Shown: piece by piece, positions 37,582 through 50,642 of the stretch
Layout: the number at the start of each line of letters is the position of its first letter
How positions within the stretch are numbered: position 1 is the first letter of the stretch
Source of the DNA: Takakia lepidozioides
Lineage: Eukaryota; Plantae; Bryophyta
Assembly: GCA_030704615.1 (NCBI GenBank)
Contig: CM060732.1
Span: 73,842,001 to 73,906,000 of the forward strand
Direction of reading: 5' to 3'
Length of the DNA stretch: 64,000 nt
Translations under genes and position numbers: made by a program
Notes under the pieces: generated by a model
What the model was told of the DNA's origin: nothing
The model's database searches: none
The model's input: the letters and a program-made list of their open reading frames with translations, nothing else

Positions 37582-38652
37582 GATTCCGCAGCTCGCTTGT
37601 ATAGATCTGCTCTCCTCCTCCCCTTCTCTCGCAGCTATGGCGCACACGCTGCCTGCCAGGCACTCAGACGGCCCCGCGGACATCCACATCGATGTATAAT
37701 CCCAATCATCCACTATTCTTGAGTCATTCCGAATTGAATGAACAACATCATCCAGTTATGAACTGTGAGAATCTCGTCCATAGTCGCTGTGGCCTACATG
37801 GCTGCATCTTATTTGTCAAGAATAGTTAATATATTCTATATTAACCATTTGTTTTTATTTATTTTTATGAAGGAAACCTGGGAGCGACTTTAAAAATAAA
37901 TAAAAATAAAGGAAACCTGGGAGCGACTGCTCACAATTCAGGCCCTTGAGGAGGGGGAAAAACCAATAATTGTTTCTAACTAATAATAAATTATCTCAAA
38001 ATATATATATATATATATAATCTCATGGATGTATCCCTCTTGGACCCCCTCATGGTTAATTTTTCCATGATTTTATTAGTATGAATTACAGGGCCTTCAT
38101 TAAATGTTTTTGAAAAACAATTATTTTACTTGTTTTGCACAAACTTCTAAGATAGGTATATGATTGCCTTACACTGATAAATGTCCACCATATCATGCAA
38201 TCGTCACCAAAGCATCTCTAGGGAGAGCCAAATTCTCGACAGGACAGTCTATGAAGAGGAGGTCACGACTCTCTTAACTCTCTCACATTCGAACAACAGG
38301 TGTGCCTGAACTTTGATTCTCAGACAATTGGCTGTAGGTTTTAAGAAAGATGATCTGACCGAGTCTGTTTGATACAAAGAAGCACAGTGGATGTTGTATG
38401 TGAGTACCTCAGGGCTTCAGGAGTCCCGAATTAGGTCAACTTGCACACTAAGGTATCAATGGTACAAATGCTCCCGAAATGTACAGTTCTCAGTCAAATG
38501 TTATCCGCTACACCTCGAAGACTAAGTAAGCACTAAGTGGTATGTCCAGATCATCGAAACCTGTTACACATGCTCACACTCGTATACAGGAGACTCTGTT
38601 GCAATTGGGGTGACTGTAGGAGACCAGCTGCCGAGATATTGAGATGATTAAC

Positions 38653-39600
38653 TTAATCATTACGCTCCTTTCCTGACTGCTCTTTGATGCGTGATAACAA
38701 GGCCTGCTTTTCTTCCTCTGGAAGAATATTGAAAGCAAATACTGACTTGTCACCTATATCATCCTTGATCGGTTGGGTGAACTTCCTGGATGCAAACACA
38801 AGAAAAAGACCCATCCATGCTACTAAGAGGGTCAGTTGAACCTTCTCGTCCATCACTCCTGACAGACGGCCGAGTAGCAATGAAGGTATGATGAAAAAAA
38901 GGGCAGCTGCTTCCAGCTTGCCGTAGCAAAGCCCCTCCTTGAAAACAAGCCCAGTAAGGGACGCAAACAGAGGGCCCACAGCCCAGATAGCTGCAGGATG
39001 CTCCAGCACATAGGCCACCAGCCCTTGCTGGCTTGGAGCAGCAAAAATGAGCGCCACGCCCAGCGAGCCCAGCACCCCTAGTGCCCACAACAGTTGTAGT
39101 GTGCGTTTTATAGAGGTGACATATATGTGGATCAGCAGCAGTGCCACTCCAAGCCCACCTGTCCCAATCGTGTACAAGGGGTCATATGCGCTTTGCAACA
39201 GAGCCCGCAGTGGGGTGTCATCTGACAGACACACAGTTGATGCTGCGGTTACAAAGGATGCTGCAGCTGTCACCAAGCCCACCCGATACAATACCACCTC
39301 ACGTATGTCAATAGAATTCACGGACCAGGGCCCATACACACCCTGGTACAGCTCCGCGTTGCCTTGCGATGAATTGTCCCTCATAGCCATGCATACTAGT
39401 TTCCTCCCTACTCGATTTCTACAGCTTAACCCTACTTTCTGTGGTCCACTCCGAAAGTTTTTGTCCATTTTCCCCCATCGCAAATCCTCCGTCATAGAAA
39501 ATGCAAGAGCGAGTCTTCGATACTGTAAAGAGCCTGAGCGACAGGACAACTGATGATGCAAACGCTGAGAGAGGAGTACAGACACTCCTTGTCCCGCCAT
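38653..39600 (-). CDS. DUF2301 integral membrane protein, probably plastid-targeted, single exon, 315 aa
   Basis: YQGVYGPW, LIHIYV, VGPLFASLTGLVFKEGLCYGKLEA and RKFTQPIKDDIGDKSVF motifs; transit-like N-terminus; ATG at 39600. Confidence 0.88.
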   Translation of the reverse strand: MAGQGVSVLLSQRLHHQLSCRSGSLQYRRLALAFSMTEDLRWGKMDKNFRSGPQKVGLSCRNRVGRKLVCMAMRDNSSQGNAELYQGVYGPWSVNSIDIREVVLYRVGLVTAAASFVTAASTVCLSDDTPLRALLQSAYDPLYTIGTGGLGVALLLIHIYVTSIKRTLQLLWALGVLGSLGVALIFAAPSQQGLVAYVLEHPAAIWAVGPLFASLTGLVFKEGLCYGKLEAAALFFIIPSLLLGRLSGVMDEKVQLTLLVAWMGLFLVFASRKFTQPIKDDIGDKSVFAFNILPEEEKQALLSRIKEQSGKERND

Positions 39601-39689
39601 ATTGTACTCAGGCGCAACGACGGTGAGGCAAGCTTGAGGGCCTGCACATGAGGGCAAAAACCAGAAAGGAAACTAATATGACTATCCCT

Positions 39690-40430
39690 CTCACTCTCAA
39701 CCTCCACCACAAGCTTATTCAACCTTTTCCCTCACACACCCGTCACGGTCTGCTTTTACCACTGAGGAAATGGACCCACAACGTGCTCCCAACATGCCCA
39801 TTCATACCTTGCTTGCTACCAATCGATTTGTTTGGATTTCCGGACGGCCCATTGCGGAGCTCCATTTTGGTCCAACAGAATGGTCATGGGACAGTCCCAA
39901 GAGCCAATTTTTGCTGATACCACTAAGAAAGCCTATAAGGCACTCACCAATGCACACCTTTTGCAAACAAAGTGGAATGAAAAATGGAGGCTAAGTTACA
40001 TGGTTTCCAAAACGAAAATTGGGGTGCGATTTGGGTTTTTGTCTGGATCAAGACTCGTCCGGCTGAGCTTTCGGCACTTATGACAAGTAGCTAATCGGGT
40101 GCTCAAAGTGGGCGAATGGTTATACTTTCAGGAAGCCCTTCTTTGCAGTTGTTGCTCCCCAGGAATTATGGAATCCCTTGAACACTGCCTCATTCATTGC
40201 CACACTCCTGCCAAAAATTGGCCACTAGTCAAGGCACTGTTAGCAAGGGGAACTCCTAGAACCTATCAACCATCAATTTGTTACTCAACTATGATTTAAC
40301 TACAAAACAGACATCTATGAGTTGCCCAGTGTTAATTGGAACCCTCAATCTGACTCGTTGGCATCTATGGAAGGCTAGATTCAACATTTTTGAGAGTTAC
40401 ATGCTCCACTTTTCATTTACCATGACTTGA
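39690..40430 (+). pseudogene. LINE ORF2 C-terminal (zf-RVT) remnant
   Basis: KKAYKAL...KWNEKW...CSCC...ESLEHCLIHC and WHLWKAR motifs, with frameshifts. Confidence 0.75.
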
Positions 40431-43400
40431 GAGTTGAATGTAGGAAAGCCTTAGGCCAAATTTTGTGCAAACATCGAGAGAACTCCATGCAATGCAAATT
40501 TACTCTATGCAACTTGGGCACATAAAGGGATCATATGCCACAATGTTGCGTTCGGAACTAATGACTCTGAACGTTGGAGAAACCGAGGTTGGGGCTCGAG
40601 TGAGCATGCTCGAGTGAGCATGCTCGAGTGAGCACAAGGGCATATTCCCCGAATTCCCGGGAAAGTTCCACAGCGAAACGAAATTGACAAAATTAACAAT
40701 TATGCGAAACTAACACATAAAGAACAAGTAGCCCCTATACCCGATGAACATGTTACCCTATAGGTGTGGCTTTTTCTCCATAAGAGGCGGGGGAGTGGGC
40801 GGTGAGGCTTCACCTCAACTTTAAGGTCCTTTCCCTTGCTTTAAAAAATAAAAAAATAAAAAAATCCCATGGAAATCCAAGCGAAATTCCGCCTGAGAAG
40901 CAAAAAGGATGAAGCCCCCACCCATTCTTTTTGGATGTAGGATTTTTCGGTGATGGGATTTCTCAATGCAAAACGCAGTGCTTGCTTAGTTTGTGCCCAT
41001 ATCACCAAGTATTTCTCAGTGCGAAATTCACTGCTGCCCCTACAAGTTTAGGGTTTTTGGTTACACTAGTGAAGGTTTCGCCTCTCTGAATTGGCGCAAA
41101 TGTACTATACAAATGCACCAGTCCTTTATACCCGCTTATGGTTTTATTCTGTTTTGAAAACATATAACTCCTATGACCGAGGTTTAAGAACATAAAACTT
41201 CCATGACCGTGGGTTGTGCTCACGCGAGCGTGCACACAGGATACCAACCCCCAAAAAAACCTCAAATGCTATTAACCACTAAAGTTATCCATAAATTCCA
41301 TCAACTCGGTGGACTCTCACTTCAAGGCCAAACTTGTGTCCAATTAAGATGCGTGTTATAGGCCTTTTTGTTGTATTCAACTCGGGTCCAAACTCAAAAC
41401 GCCTGCCCAAACAGACGTATGGAGAGTTTTGTCATGAGTTTAAGGATTTGGACCAGTTGAGGCGGCTATTGTGAGCATAGGGCTCGAGTGAGAGCACTTG
41501 GTGAAACTCACGATGAAACTCTCTGCGAGTCTTACCTGTTTTAACAGTTCCTAACAACTTTACGAAGGGAAAACAAACTCAGGTCGAAATGGCATTTTTA
41601 ACTACTCACAATGAAACTCCGGTCTGAATTGACGGATAACCTAGTTTGAGAGGAAAGTCAACTGGAAGCACATCAAACATTGTTGGAAGGCCTTCATGCT
41701 CCACTTTTATTAATAATTAGCGTTCGCGTTTGCTGCGAAGTACTTAATCTGAGATTTTGGTACTCACTCTCCTCATTCAGTTTTATGAGTGTCCGTCGAT
41801 TCAATGATGATGACCCATGGTCATGTTATGTTGCATTTTGTAGACCGTGGTCTGCCGATTCTGGCATTCCTTGAGGCCTGGAGGGCCAGCCCTAGCGGGA
41901 TGCCAGAATTGACAGACCCGGTTACCATGCGGAGCTGTATATTCTGTACTAAAGGAAGGGCCGCATAGGGCAGATACAGTACACAGTATACGGTGCAGAT
42001 TATGCATGCACAATTGGCAGGCAAAATCGGCCAAGCCTGCCGATTATCTGCCCCGCCTATTCAGCTCCAGAATGAGCCTCTAAAACGGCAGACTATGCAG
42101 CCCCGAATGGTAAGGGGCTTTGCCGGTCCTGCCATTGTGGACTTCTTTTGAGGTCTTCTTCGTCTCTTCTATGTTTGGCTCCAGGGGTTTTTTTTCTCCC
42201 TAAATATTCGAAATAATCTCAGTTCGGGGCTAAGTCTGTCTGAGTGTTGATATGATATCACATTTAGGTCAGACCAGTATCGCAAAATGTTCATACCAGT
42301 CTGGTATGTATAATGGCAAATGTATTTTGTCTAAAAATTGGTATGAGTACTAAATATCATGGTCACAATACCAACTGGTCTCGTGTATCAAAAAAGTAGC
42401 ATTCAAGTACCATTTTTAATCAAAAGTTTAGTTCAAAGACAGAATAACTTTGTAAAGTCCAATATATAAATATACATCCAATATACATATATACGCATAC
42501 AGAAATTTTATACAACACTTATATTGTAAGGAGAATACTCATACCAGATCGAATGAGGAAGACGGTGGGGAATATTGGTATGGCGGCTGGTATGCAAAAG
42601 TCTATACGTCTATACTAGTTTGGTCTGGTATCTACATGAGTATAGCATATTTGGTCTGGTTTGTACCAGTGTTGAGCAGGTATTGAATTTTTATTTACCC
42701 TCAGGATAAGGGTAACCTGAATTTTGAGAAATGATGCACCCGTCAGGTCAGGGTATTATTATTTTCAAATGAAAAGTAAGGGTCGGTTGCTGGTAATGCA
42801 CATTTGTAGAACACGCGGGTCAGGGTATAACCGGGTACTCTCAAAATAAAACCTGAGGGTAAGGTTATTTAATGTGTCAGGGTAATTTGGTATTACCCGC
42901 CAAATAAGTATAAGTTTGGGTAGGGTAAGGGTAGGGTAAGGGTAGGTAGATGGCAATTTCCCTAAGGATTTCAAATAAATTGGCAATATAAACCAATGAG
43001 ATTCTAACCAGGAGAAATTAAAATTGAATATATTTCAAAATATAACTTGAGCATAATAAATCAATGTTAAGAAACTAAGCTTCAATCCCAAGAGTATTAA
43101 AAACAAAATATAGGTACATCATACATGTGCAAGGCACTGAAGGAGCCTAGAGTACCGCACTAGTACCTATTTAATGCTTTGGGATTCGATTGCCATTAAA
43201 TGTATGTCATCGACGGATGATGTCATGACTGGGTTATGAACGTCCGCCACACACTTCTATGTGCAAAACCCGGACCCAACTATCTCGGGTTGGATCTCCC
43301 AACTCCCCGTGAAAAGCTGAAAGTTGGGAGATCGGGTTCCGATCTTTGACTTTCACCGGCTGTAGTATGTCGGTTTTTGCCATCACCGGGCGAGCAGATC

Positions 43401-43465
43401 TCTGTCTTTGTTCTCTTTGTGTCTTTTTGTGGCTTTCTCTTCATCGCATCTAGCGACCACATTGT

Positions 43466-44210
43466 GTGAACAACGGGAGAGTGAAAATGATGGCTATGTT
43501 GAATGAAGAAGACTCAGATGCCCTGTATGAAACACCAATTGTGGAAACAAATGGAACACAAGTGGAGAATGGTTCAAATGACGACACCACCGAATTTGGA
43601 GCTGAGCAAGGATGCATTCCAGGAAGGGTTTACAAGAAAGGGGCATGGTTGCTTTCTAAGATGATGGTTTTGCTAGCTGCAAAACGAAGCGACTGGACCA
43701 AGCATGGCCCTCAAGCAGGCTCCAAAGCCTTGCATCAATCTGCAACTTATAGGTGGTAGATGGTTGAAAAAACATGTTTTCAACAAGGTGTTCTGAGAAG
43801 TGCCGAACAATGCCAAGACAAATGAGAAGGGATATCTGTAGACTTCCGTAAGATCTAGGACTACGAAAAGAAGATCCTTAGTGGGAGGAAATTGTATTAC
43901 CAAATGACCCCCAGGGAAAGAAAAAAGGCCAAAATCCCCAAAACACATCTTCACCAAGAAGTGTTTGATGATCTTCCAATCGACACTTCTGCCATGGCCA
44001 GACCAAGAGGTAACACGACTTCGACGACTCTCTCCTAAATAAGTGGAAGGCTTGACCATGGTTTTCCAAGCCAACCGAGAGAAAGTCGTTGTTGCTGTAA
44101 TGGATGCTCAAATTCAAGAGAACAAACGCGACGAAGAAACTCTACAGTTGAAAAGGGAAAAAATATAAGTCACCGAGGATGTAGAAGCTAGCTACATTGC
44201 CGCATTGTTG
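43466..44210 (+). pseudogene. PIF/Harbinger Myb/SANT (trihelix) DNA-binding ORF remnant
   Basis: KGAW..MMVLLAAK...RW..VE..C...RSAEQCQDK..I..DFRKI.DYE motif, with stops. Confidence 0.75.
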
Positions 44211-45569
44211 TGTTCACAAAAATATGGAGTATAGCCCGCATTTTGACATCTCATATCCGCGGTAATAGGCCTTATGTACATTTGTTGTTCGCGGTTATAG
44301 GCCCTATGTGATCCACGTCACTCTGGAACGTAAGCAGAATTCTGCTCACGGAATTTTTCGCTTACGTGAGCGGCTTACAAACTAGCATTCCCACAATTTG
44401 TAGAGCTAGTATACGATGTGCCATAACATGTGTCCTATATCAATGTACCAGAGCACATTCCCCTTGATTACAATTGACTCAATTGAAGGTATCAAGAGCC
44501 AGTGTGTACACCAGAGCATTCAATTTGAGGCATTGTAATAGAGTCATTTTGTACCAAAGCGAGTGTACCACTCTACCACAATATGTGTACTATAGATATA
44601 TCAGAGCACTACAATTGATTACAATTGACTCAATGGTCTTGAATATACCAGGAGTTAGTGTATACTCCTATCTGTATCAAAGTATTTTGTACCAAAGCAC
44701 TATAATTGATGTTTTAGCAAGGATTGTACCACAGCCCTATGACCACAATACATTCAACGTCTTTTACTGTACCACAGTACAATAGTATTATGCACTAACT
44801 AGTTGTACCACAGTCTTACAATTGATTACGATTGAGGTGAGGTCAATGTGAGGTCAATTGACAACGATTCTTCCCCCCAAATCATCACTTCTGCTCTGAT
44901 TTCTAAGGGTTTTTTTTTTTTTTTTTTGGGCGCATTTGGAGATGTAGTGATGATCATCACTTCTGCTATGATTTGTTGTGCGCATACATATCGCTACACA
45001 ACTACATCGCTGTCCAAAACCACACAACACATGTGCACACCACACACTAGTATACCACTAGTCCAACCACTAGTCCTTTAGTGCTCCCAAGTCCTTCAAA
45101 CTGAATGCAAAGTAATTTCTGTAAGCCCTCAGGAACCGCCGTATACGTCATCTCTCTCATCCGGTGACAATGGGTCCGATGTCAAGCTCCCAATTGTCCT
45201 CCGTAACTGCAACCTTAAGTCCAGTGGGCTTAGAGGTAGAGGACGGGTCCCGTGGTTGCTATGCTGCAACCTCTTGAGCAGTACTCCATGCATGCTCAGT
45301 CAATGACAAGACCTCATCCTGCCCCATCATCTCATCATTGAGGACATCCTCAACCCGAGAAGAATCCCCAACCTCATCTATCACAGCCGCCTTGGCTGCC
45401 AACTCCCTCTGAACCTCGAGCACATCCCACGTGTGCCATGGATGACTACGCCATGCGGTCCTCACCGGCTTGCCCCCACTCACTGCCTGTACCGTCTCAG
45501 TAGGCAGAGAGACCATCGAGGGAAGTGTACTCCGCACTCTGCGTTGCTCAGCCAGAGCCAAGCTGATAA

Positions 45570-46500
45570 TCCAGGTCAAGCAATTGAGATCCATTGCTTG
45601 CCCCAACACTTGACGACATGATGCCTCAGAAAGAGACGACACCGCCGTGGTACCAGTGGTAAAACCTATTGTCCGCTCACGCTCGTCAGCATTAGGCTCC
45701 ACTAACTGCTGCAACTGAGCATCCCACAGGAGGCCAGGTCCACTATCTCGGAAAGCATGCGATCGTGGGCAGCTGAGCAGTGTAGGTAATGCTGCTCGTG
45801 GTTGACCCACCTTGTTGACCACTGCCAAAGGCGAACGGTCATCGTGTCTCACACGCTGAGACTGCTTCCCTGTGTCCAGAATGCTATCCACTGTGAGATG
45901 TGCTGGCCACTGCACCCCATCAAATACACGCTTGAGCAGTGCGGGTGGCATCAAGTTAGTCCACCATAGCCGTGGACGATGAGCCCGTGACCCTACTGTA
46001 GCTGCATCTAGCAACACTGTTGACCCAAGCCATGACCGGACTTAATGCACACTGACCATCACCCTGGCCCGAGAATCGCCCATCAGTGGCACATTCTCCA
46101 AGATGTATGCTGGAGATACAGCTTGATGAAGCTGCAAGTGACGCAAAACCCGCACCATCTCCCAAAACAGACCCGACCTCGAGTCTCAATCCATTGCCAT
46201 GCCCGGCTGATGAATGCCCTTGGCAGGGCCAACCTGCCACTACCAGATCAATGGAGCCAACCCGCTCCAAATCCTGCGCCCCCAGCAACAAAATGTCTGC
46301 TGGCAAGGCCTGCTGATATCCACGAATTGCAGACACCGACAACAACTCAGGGTACCGCTGCACCAACTGAGCAACATGCGTCGTGCAGTCTCATCCCTCT
46401 CCACATACAAGTAACGCCGAACTCGTACACCTGCCTGTAACACAACAGGCAATCTGGTGCTGATCCCGCCAAACAAGTCCAGAAGACAAATGCCTTCATC
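45570..46500 (-). pseudogene. C5-cytosine DNA methyltransferase domain (DNMT3-like, non-permuted) within the retrotransposon polyprotein
   Basis: Motif I LDLFGGI, II YVERD, IV DLVVAGWPCQGHS (46220-46228), SGLFWE, VI ILENV (46090-46098), VIII HRPRLWWTN, IX ERERTIGF, X LGQAMD; two frameshifts and one TAA (46042-46044). Confidence 0.9.
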
Positions 46501-46879
46501 CGGATACTGCCACACAATAGGTGTGGTATCCAATGGAGACAACTGAGGTGGTCCTGGTGCAATCCCCGCACTCTCCTCCCCTCCTGACGGTACAAAAGCC
46601 TCCATCCAGGCTTGTTGCACCCGTCGGTCAGCATCCCGCTGCAAATCCTTGCTCGTGCCCCACAATAGAGTCTGAGCAACCATGGTAGGCAACTCCGCCA
46701 TACCATACATGTCATCCTGCTCTCCCGGAGGTGGCACATCCTCTGAATGAGCGTTGCCCTCAAGCAACTCTCTAGGCCAACTCACTGCCGCTGTGAATGC
46801 TGCTAGTGTCGGCATCTTGCCTCGCTGGGCAACCGCAACTCCTCCAATGAATGTCACAGGGAGCTGCACACACCAGCCC

Positions 46880-47300
46880 TCCCCTGACTGCCATGCAGGC
46901 CTATAGGAAGCTGACTTCTCCCAAAAATCCAAGGTGAAGCCCATGGGGTACAACACTGCCCCACCAACCAGGACATCGTATGAGACCGCGTCTGTCACAA
47001 TGGCCTTGGCTCGCATCACTGAGCCATCTGTAGGGTGATCCGAGACTGATAGCCAACTCACGCCGTGTCATGCCCCGAGCCTGCTCCGATCCTCCCAGAG
47101 ACGTCTGTATCTGGAAAGGACAAGGCTTCATATCCGCCTCCGTGAGGCCCAAGCCTGCAATAGCAGCTCTGCCCAGCATCAATGGCTGAGCTCCCGAGTC
47201 CAACAAGACCCGCAGTGGCTGGTACCTCTTGCTTGCCGGTCCACTCAAACAGAAAATGTCATCCTGGTTGTCTAACATGACAACTCTAGGTGTCACCATG
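46880..47300 (-). pseudogene. Retropepsin-type aspartic protease
   Basis: RVLLDSGAQPLML and YDVLVGG motifs across one frameshift. Confidence 0.85.
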
Positions 47301-47938
47301 GCGCGCTCAATGGCTGGCCTAGCTGACAGCTCCATCAACCTGGCAACTGCAGCTTGCCATGGCGCCGCCGTGGCAGTCTTGACCCTCAAATCCAAGGATC
47401 CCTCCGGCATTACACCTCCCACTATCTCCGCAGAAGATGAAGTAACCTCCTCACTCTCACAGAGTGTAGCTGCCAGCCTGAACACCTCAGCTGGTCTTAC
47501 CCCCGGCGTCGCAATCATGGTAGCCGAGAACAATGGAGCCTGACACACAGATGTGGCCGCTCCTAGCAGCACACTAGCTGCCGTAGCCTTGGCAACACTA
47601 GGTAGTGGTGCTACCCGTGTAGCTTTCCCCAATGGCAAAGTAACCTCCGCCTCGGTAACAGTCGGGCGAGAACTAGGTGCCATGGATGGCGTCGACACTG
47701 TCTCCGCCAATGTGAATGACTGAGGAAGCCTAGCCTGACGGCTTGCCTCCCCATGCTGTGGATCCAACTCCACCTCTGCACATCATGGCTCAGGAACTCG
47801 TGCTGCTCCTCGAGTCACGGATGCAGCAGACTCCACCTGCACTAGTGGTAGTGCTGCTCCACACATGAATCCCATGCCTCCCATATCTCCTCCCTCAGGA
47901 GCAGGAGGTGGACCATCCGGCCTTAGAGCCGGTACCAC

Positions 47939-49405
47939 CTAAGCTATAGCCATGGCAGCGAGCCTCTGCTCTAGCTGCTGAAGCCGGTTGGCCATGCCTT
48001 GGTCAACCCCCTGACCTCCGCGTCTTTGGCCATGTTGAGCTTGTCCTTGGCCTGCACCTCGTCCTCTCTGGGCTGCTCCACCTCGCCCCCGACCACCATT
48101 GTTCCCTTGGGACTGGCCTGGGCGCAACTCAGGATGCAAACCATAACACTGGGCCTCTCCATGCCCGTGCTTGCCACAATGCCCACACTGCAACTGTGCA
48201 GGCTGTGCATGTGCTGGCCCTTTGCCTCCCTCTGGGCAATCCTTCTTGACATGGGGTCCTCCACATGTCCAGCACACCACATCCGCCCGTTGTTGGCCAG
48301 CAAATGAAGGGAGATACCCCTGCATCTAAGGTCCTCTCTGCCCTTCCCTGAGCTTCACCTGAGCCCCCTTGTTGCCTTGAGCACGTTGAGGTAGTGGTTG
48401 GCTAGGAGCACCACTACCCCGTGGTGTCTCCTTAGCAAATCCCACCATGACCACTCGTTCCTCCACCATGTTGAGCTCTATCCGCTCTGCCAGCAAAAAC
48501 ACATTTGCTAAGGTGGGTTGGGCCGCTTGTATGAGAGTTGCATCCCGCACCCTTCTCCTCAACTCCTTGTCCAATATCCCATACCAGAATTGGACTGCCT
48601 GAGCTTCCGTAACCCTTTGGGTTACATTTATCAAGCGCCATATGCGAGTGAAAGCCTCCCTCAAGCTCTCGGTCGGCTTCCGTTGGAACTCTTGCAAGCT
48701 CCGCAACTTCTCTGTCCTCACCCCTGGGTAGTTCCCTCTCAACTCTTCGAAGAACTCCACAACAGGGTTGAAGGCAGGCACGGGTGCTAGTGCTGGTGCG
48801 GTAGTGGCTTGGGTGGACGTCGTAGCTACTATACCACCAGTCCCACTAGTCCCACTGCTACTTGTTGAAGCTGCCGGTGCAGCGGCAGGTGTAGCCACTG
48901 CCCTCGTGGCTCTAGTGCCCCTAGTGATGGAGACATAGTCGGGTGACCAGTATATCCTCCACTCCTCGATCTCAACCTCATGCCCCCGCCTGAACTCATG
49001 GTAATCATCCATAGGCGGCCCCTCAAGGTGCTGAAACAGCCCTTTCCATGCCATGAACGGCGTAAATAGTTGTGGATTGCGCATTTGCTGCAAATCACAC
49101 CAACTATCAAACTCTTGGATAAAATCATCCAACTCGATGGTGCCCACCGCCCCAGAGTACCTTCGTGGCCCCTTGGTAGCTCCATACATCTCCTCCATTG
49201 TGTCCCACAACAATGACAAAGAAACAATTTGCACCGCCGGTATGAGTCCTCCTGATTCACAATCCGAATCAGAACCTTCCGTAGAAGACATAGGAGGTGA
49301 AGGTGGCCTAAACCGCACACCTCGTCTCGTGTACCCACTAGTATCGCTAGTGCTCGAACCGGCACTGTCCCCAGCAACTAGTGGCACCTCCGTGTTGACA
49401 CTCAA
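47939..49405 (-). pseudogene. Gag with zinc knuckles
   Basis: Retrotransposon-gag-like FQRKPTESLREAFTR; CWTCGGPHVKKDC and CGHCGKHGHGEAQC; in-frame TAG at 48326. Confidence 0.85.
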
Positions 49406-49639
49406 CCGGTCATGAACATGTCCCTAACCCCCTCTCCACAAGGTAACCGGGTAGAGAACCTGTTGCGGCTTATGATTTGGAATACTAAGTTCCTAACATA
49501 GCCTACACATGTACTTGCATGACCATGGGAATATCATCAAGATACTCCTCAAACCGCCCTCCACGAGCTTCAAAATTCGGCCTTCAAGACCACATGCCAG
49601 TCCTTAGGCAGTCCACCAGTGCCTCCACGAGTCAGCATA

Positions 49640-50642
49640 GGCCGTCCACAGGTCAACACGGGCCACCACAGACCAGCACAGGCCCACACAGCTCACTGGT
49701 CACAGCCGTCACAGTCCCACAGGCCACTGGGCACAGCCTGTCACAGCCCCGCACAGCCCGTCACAGCTCGCCACAGCCCGTCACAGCCCCACAGGCCACT
49801 GGGCACAACCTGTCACAGCCCCGCACAGCCCGTCATAGCCTCACAGGCCACTGGGCACAGCCCGTCACAGCCCGTCACAGCTCGCCACAGCCCCTCATAG
49901 CCCCCAAGGCCTCAGGCACGGCCTGACACAGCCCCTCACAACCCGTCACAGCCCCGAAGGCCTCAAGCACGGCCTGTCACAGCCCCTCACAGCCGGTCAC
50001 AGCCCCAAAGGCCTCAGGCACGGCCTGACACAGCCCCTCACAGCCCCTCACAGCCCCAAAGGCCTCAGGCACGGCCTGTCACAGCCCCTCATAGCCCGTC
50101 ACAGCTTGCCACAGCCCGTCACAGCCCCCAAGGCCTCAGGCACGGCCTGACACAGCCCCTCACAGCCCATCACAACCCTAAAGGCCACGGGCACAGCCTG
50201 TCACAGCCCCAAAAGGCCACGGGCATAGCCCCTCACAGCCCATCACAGCCCCCAAGGCCACCGGCGCAGCCCGTCACAGGCCCTCACAGCCCGTCACAAC
50301 CCCGAAGGCCACCGGCACAGCCCCTCACAGCCCGTCACAGCTCGCCACAGCCCCTCACAACCCCCAAGGCCTCAGGCACGGCCTGACATAGTCCCTCACA
50401 GCCCCAAAGGCCACGGGCACAGCCTGTCATAGCCCCGCACAGCCCGTCACAGCCCCACAGGCCACTAGGCACAGCCTGTCACAGCCCCTCACAGCTCGCC
50501 ACAGCCCCTCACAGCCCCCAAGGCCTCAAGCACGGCCTGACACAACCCCTCACAGCCCGTCACAGCCCCAAAGGCCTCAGGCACGGCCTGTCACAGCCCC
50601 AAAAGGCCACCGGCAGAGCCCCTCACAGCCCCTCACAGCCCC
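49640..50642. repeat. About 1-kb GC-rich tandem array in the retrotransposon leader
   Basis: Modules CACAGCCC(G/C)T and AAGGCC(TCA/ACG)GGCAC(G/A)GCCTG repeated many times. Confidence 0.95.

Noticed and set aside
40500-42260. Repeat-like region with a 14-bp triple tandem (about 40593-40635) and MITE-like segments
   Set aside because: No termini, TSD or coding motif could be defined, so no feature was called.
45570-46500. Host DRM/CMT/MET1 gene or bacterial Dcm contamination
   Set aside because: No introns and no UBA, BAH or chromo domains; motif order is non-permuted; it is continuous with gag/protease in a plant TE context.
49519-49926. Repetitive Ser/Pro/Gln/His ORFs on the plus strand
   Set aside because: Translations of the tandem array, antisense to the retroelement; no coding evidence.
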